Origin: Chiloscyllium plagiosum
Taxonomy: Eukaryota
DNA: 64,000 nt
Reading direction: 5' to 3'
NCBI RefSeq assembly: GCF_004010195.1
Contig: NC_057711.1
Span: forward strand, 82,517,590 to 82,581,589
The notes beneath the pieces were generated by a model. It was not told the DNA's origin. It did no database searches and was given only the letters and a program-made list of their open reading frames with translations. Position 1 is the first letter of the stretch. The number at the start of each line of letters is the position of its first letter. Positions 62,800 through 64,000 of this stretch are shown here, piece after piece. Both the position numbers and the translations under genes were made by a program.

Positions 62800-63258
62800 A
62801 AGGTGAAAACCGAAAGAACGGTGGATGCTGTAAATCAGAAGCAAAAACCAAAATTGCTGGAAAAGCTAAACAGGTCTAGCAACATCTGTAGAGAGAAATC
62901 AGTGTTAACATTTTGGGTCAAGTGACCCTTCCTCAGAACTGATGTAGCTAGGAAAATGTTGGTCTTTAGTCAGTAGATAGCAGGAGGGGGGGCGGGGGGA
63001 AGAATGGTACGGAGTTAACGATATGTGGGGCTAGAACCCGAAGAGACAGAAGAACAGTTAGTTAGACAGACAAAGGAGTGGATAATGATCCATTTAGGAG
63101 GGTGAATGGCTATTAATGGGGACTGTTCATGGTTAACAATGGGTTGTGTGAAATAGCAGACTATGTGATAACAAGAGTTGAGAAGTGTGGCTCTGGAAAA
63201 GCACAGCAGGTCAGGCAGCATCCAAGGAGCAGGAGCGTTGGGCATTAACCCTTCATCA
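62800..63258 (-). mobile_element. Penelope pLTR/3' fragments
   Basis: Minus strand near 62905-62940 reads CTGAGGAAGGGTCACTTGACCCAAAATGTT, followed by the PLE tail. A second PLE fragment is at 63175-63258. Confidence 0.65.
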
Positions 63259-64000
63259 TGGATAGAAGCTTGGCTGTCTGGCAGAAAGAAGACAGTGGGG
63301 ATAAAAGGGTCTTTCTCAGGATGGCAGCCAGTGACACGTAGTGTGCCGCAAGGCTCGGTGTTGGGACCACAGTTTTTCACAATACATTAATAATTTAGAT
63401 GAAAGAACTGAGGGCATTCTGGCTAAGGTAGCATTGAGGAGGTGGGAGACTGCAGAAGGATTTGGACAAGTTAGGAGAGTGGGCAAAGAAGTGGCAGGAG
63501 CAGTAAAACATGGGAACGTGGGAGATCATGCATTTTAGTAGCAAGAATAGATGCATGGATTGTTTTCTAAATGGGGAGAAAATTTAGAAGTCTGAAGTAC
63601 AAAGAGACTTGGGAGTTCTATTACAGGATTCCCTCAAGGTAAACTTGCAGGTTGAGTCAGTAGTTCGGAAGGCAAATGCAACAATGGCATTTATTTTGAA
63701 AGGACTTGAATGTAAAAGTAGGGATGTACTTCTGAGGCTCCAGAAGGCTCTGGTAAGACAACATTTGGAGTATTATGCACAGTGTTGGGCCCTGTTTCTC
63801 AGGAAGGATGTACTGGCCCTGGAGTGTGTTCAGAGGAGGTTCACGAGAATGGTCCCAGGAATGAAAAGCTTGACATGAGAAACATTTGAAGACTCTGGGT
63901 TTATACTGAATGGAGTTTAGAAGGATGAGGGGGGATCTAATTGAAACATATAGAATACTGAATGGCCTGGACAGAGTAGATGTTGGGAAGATGTTTCCAT
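63259..64000 (+). mobile_element. CR1 LINE RT region, running off the window end
   Basis: [25 protein letters not shown] and VQRRFTRMVPGM. Confidence 0.9.

Noticed and set aside
12912..64000. KIF27 exons, expected downstream of QNG1 from human gene order as I recall it
   Set aside because: I found no kinesin motor motifs (GQTGSGKT, SSRSH) by eye. Short divergent exons cannot be excluded.

Overview
This is eukaryotic, intron-containing genomic DNA that is mostly repeats, with five assembly gaps. The HE1-type V-SINEs and CR1/Penelope/Gypsy repeat mix point to a shark (inference). The only intact protein-coding signal is the last two coding exons of QNG1 (C9orf64, queuosine salvage N-glycosylase) at 11808-12003 and 12682-12911 on +. 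The rest is decayed CR1 LINEs, HE1-like SINEs, Penelope remnants, an L1 and Gypsy/LTR fragments. Five things stand out. (1) An intronless, internally deleted RBPMS/RBPMS2 retrocopy lies directly upstream of a polypurine tract and an LTR, suggesting mRNA capture by an LTR retroelement. (2) A ~6 kb head-to-tail array of a ~1.8 kb non-coding, A-tailed retroposon is inserted repeatedly at the TATA box of a Gypsy LTR. (3) Many 100-220 bp fold-back Penelope-derived inserts occur, several with 11-16 bp target-site duplications and several with minimal hammerhead-ribozyme cores. (4) An L1 has twin-priming geometry. (5) There are two short local templated duplications. TE boundaries were read by eye and are approximate. 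No database searches were run.
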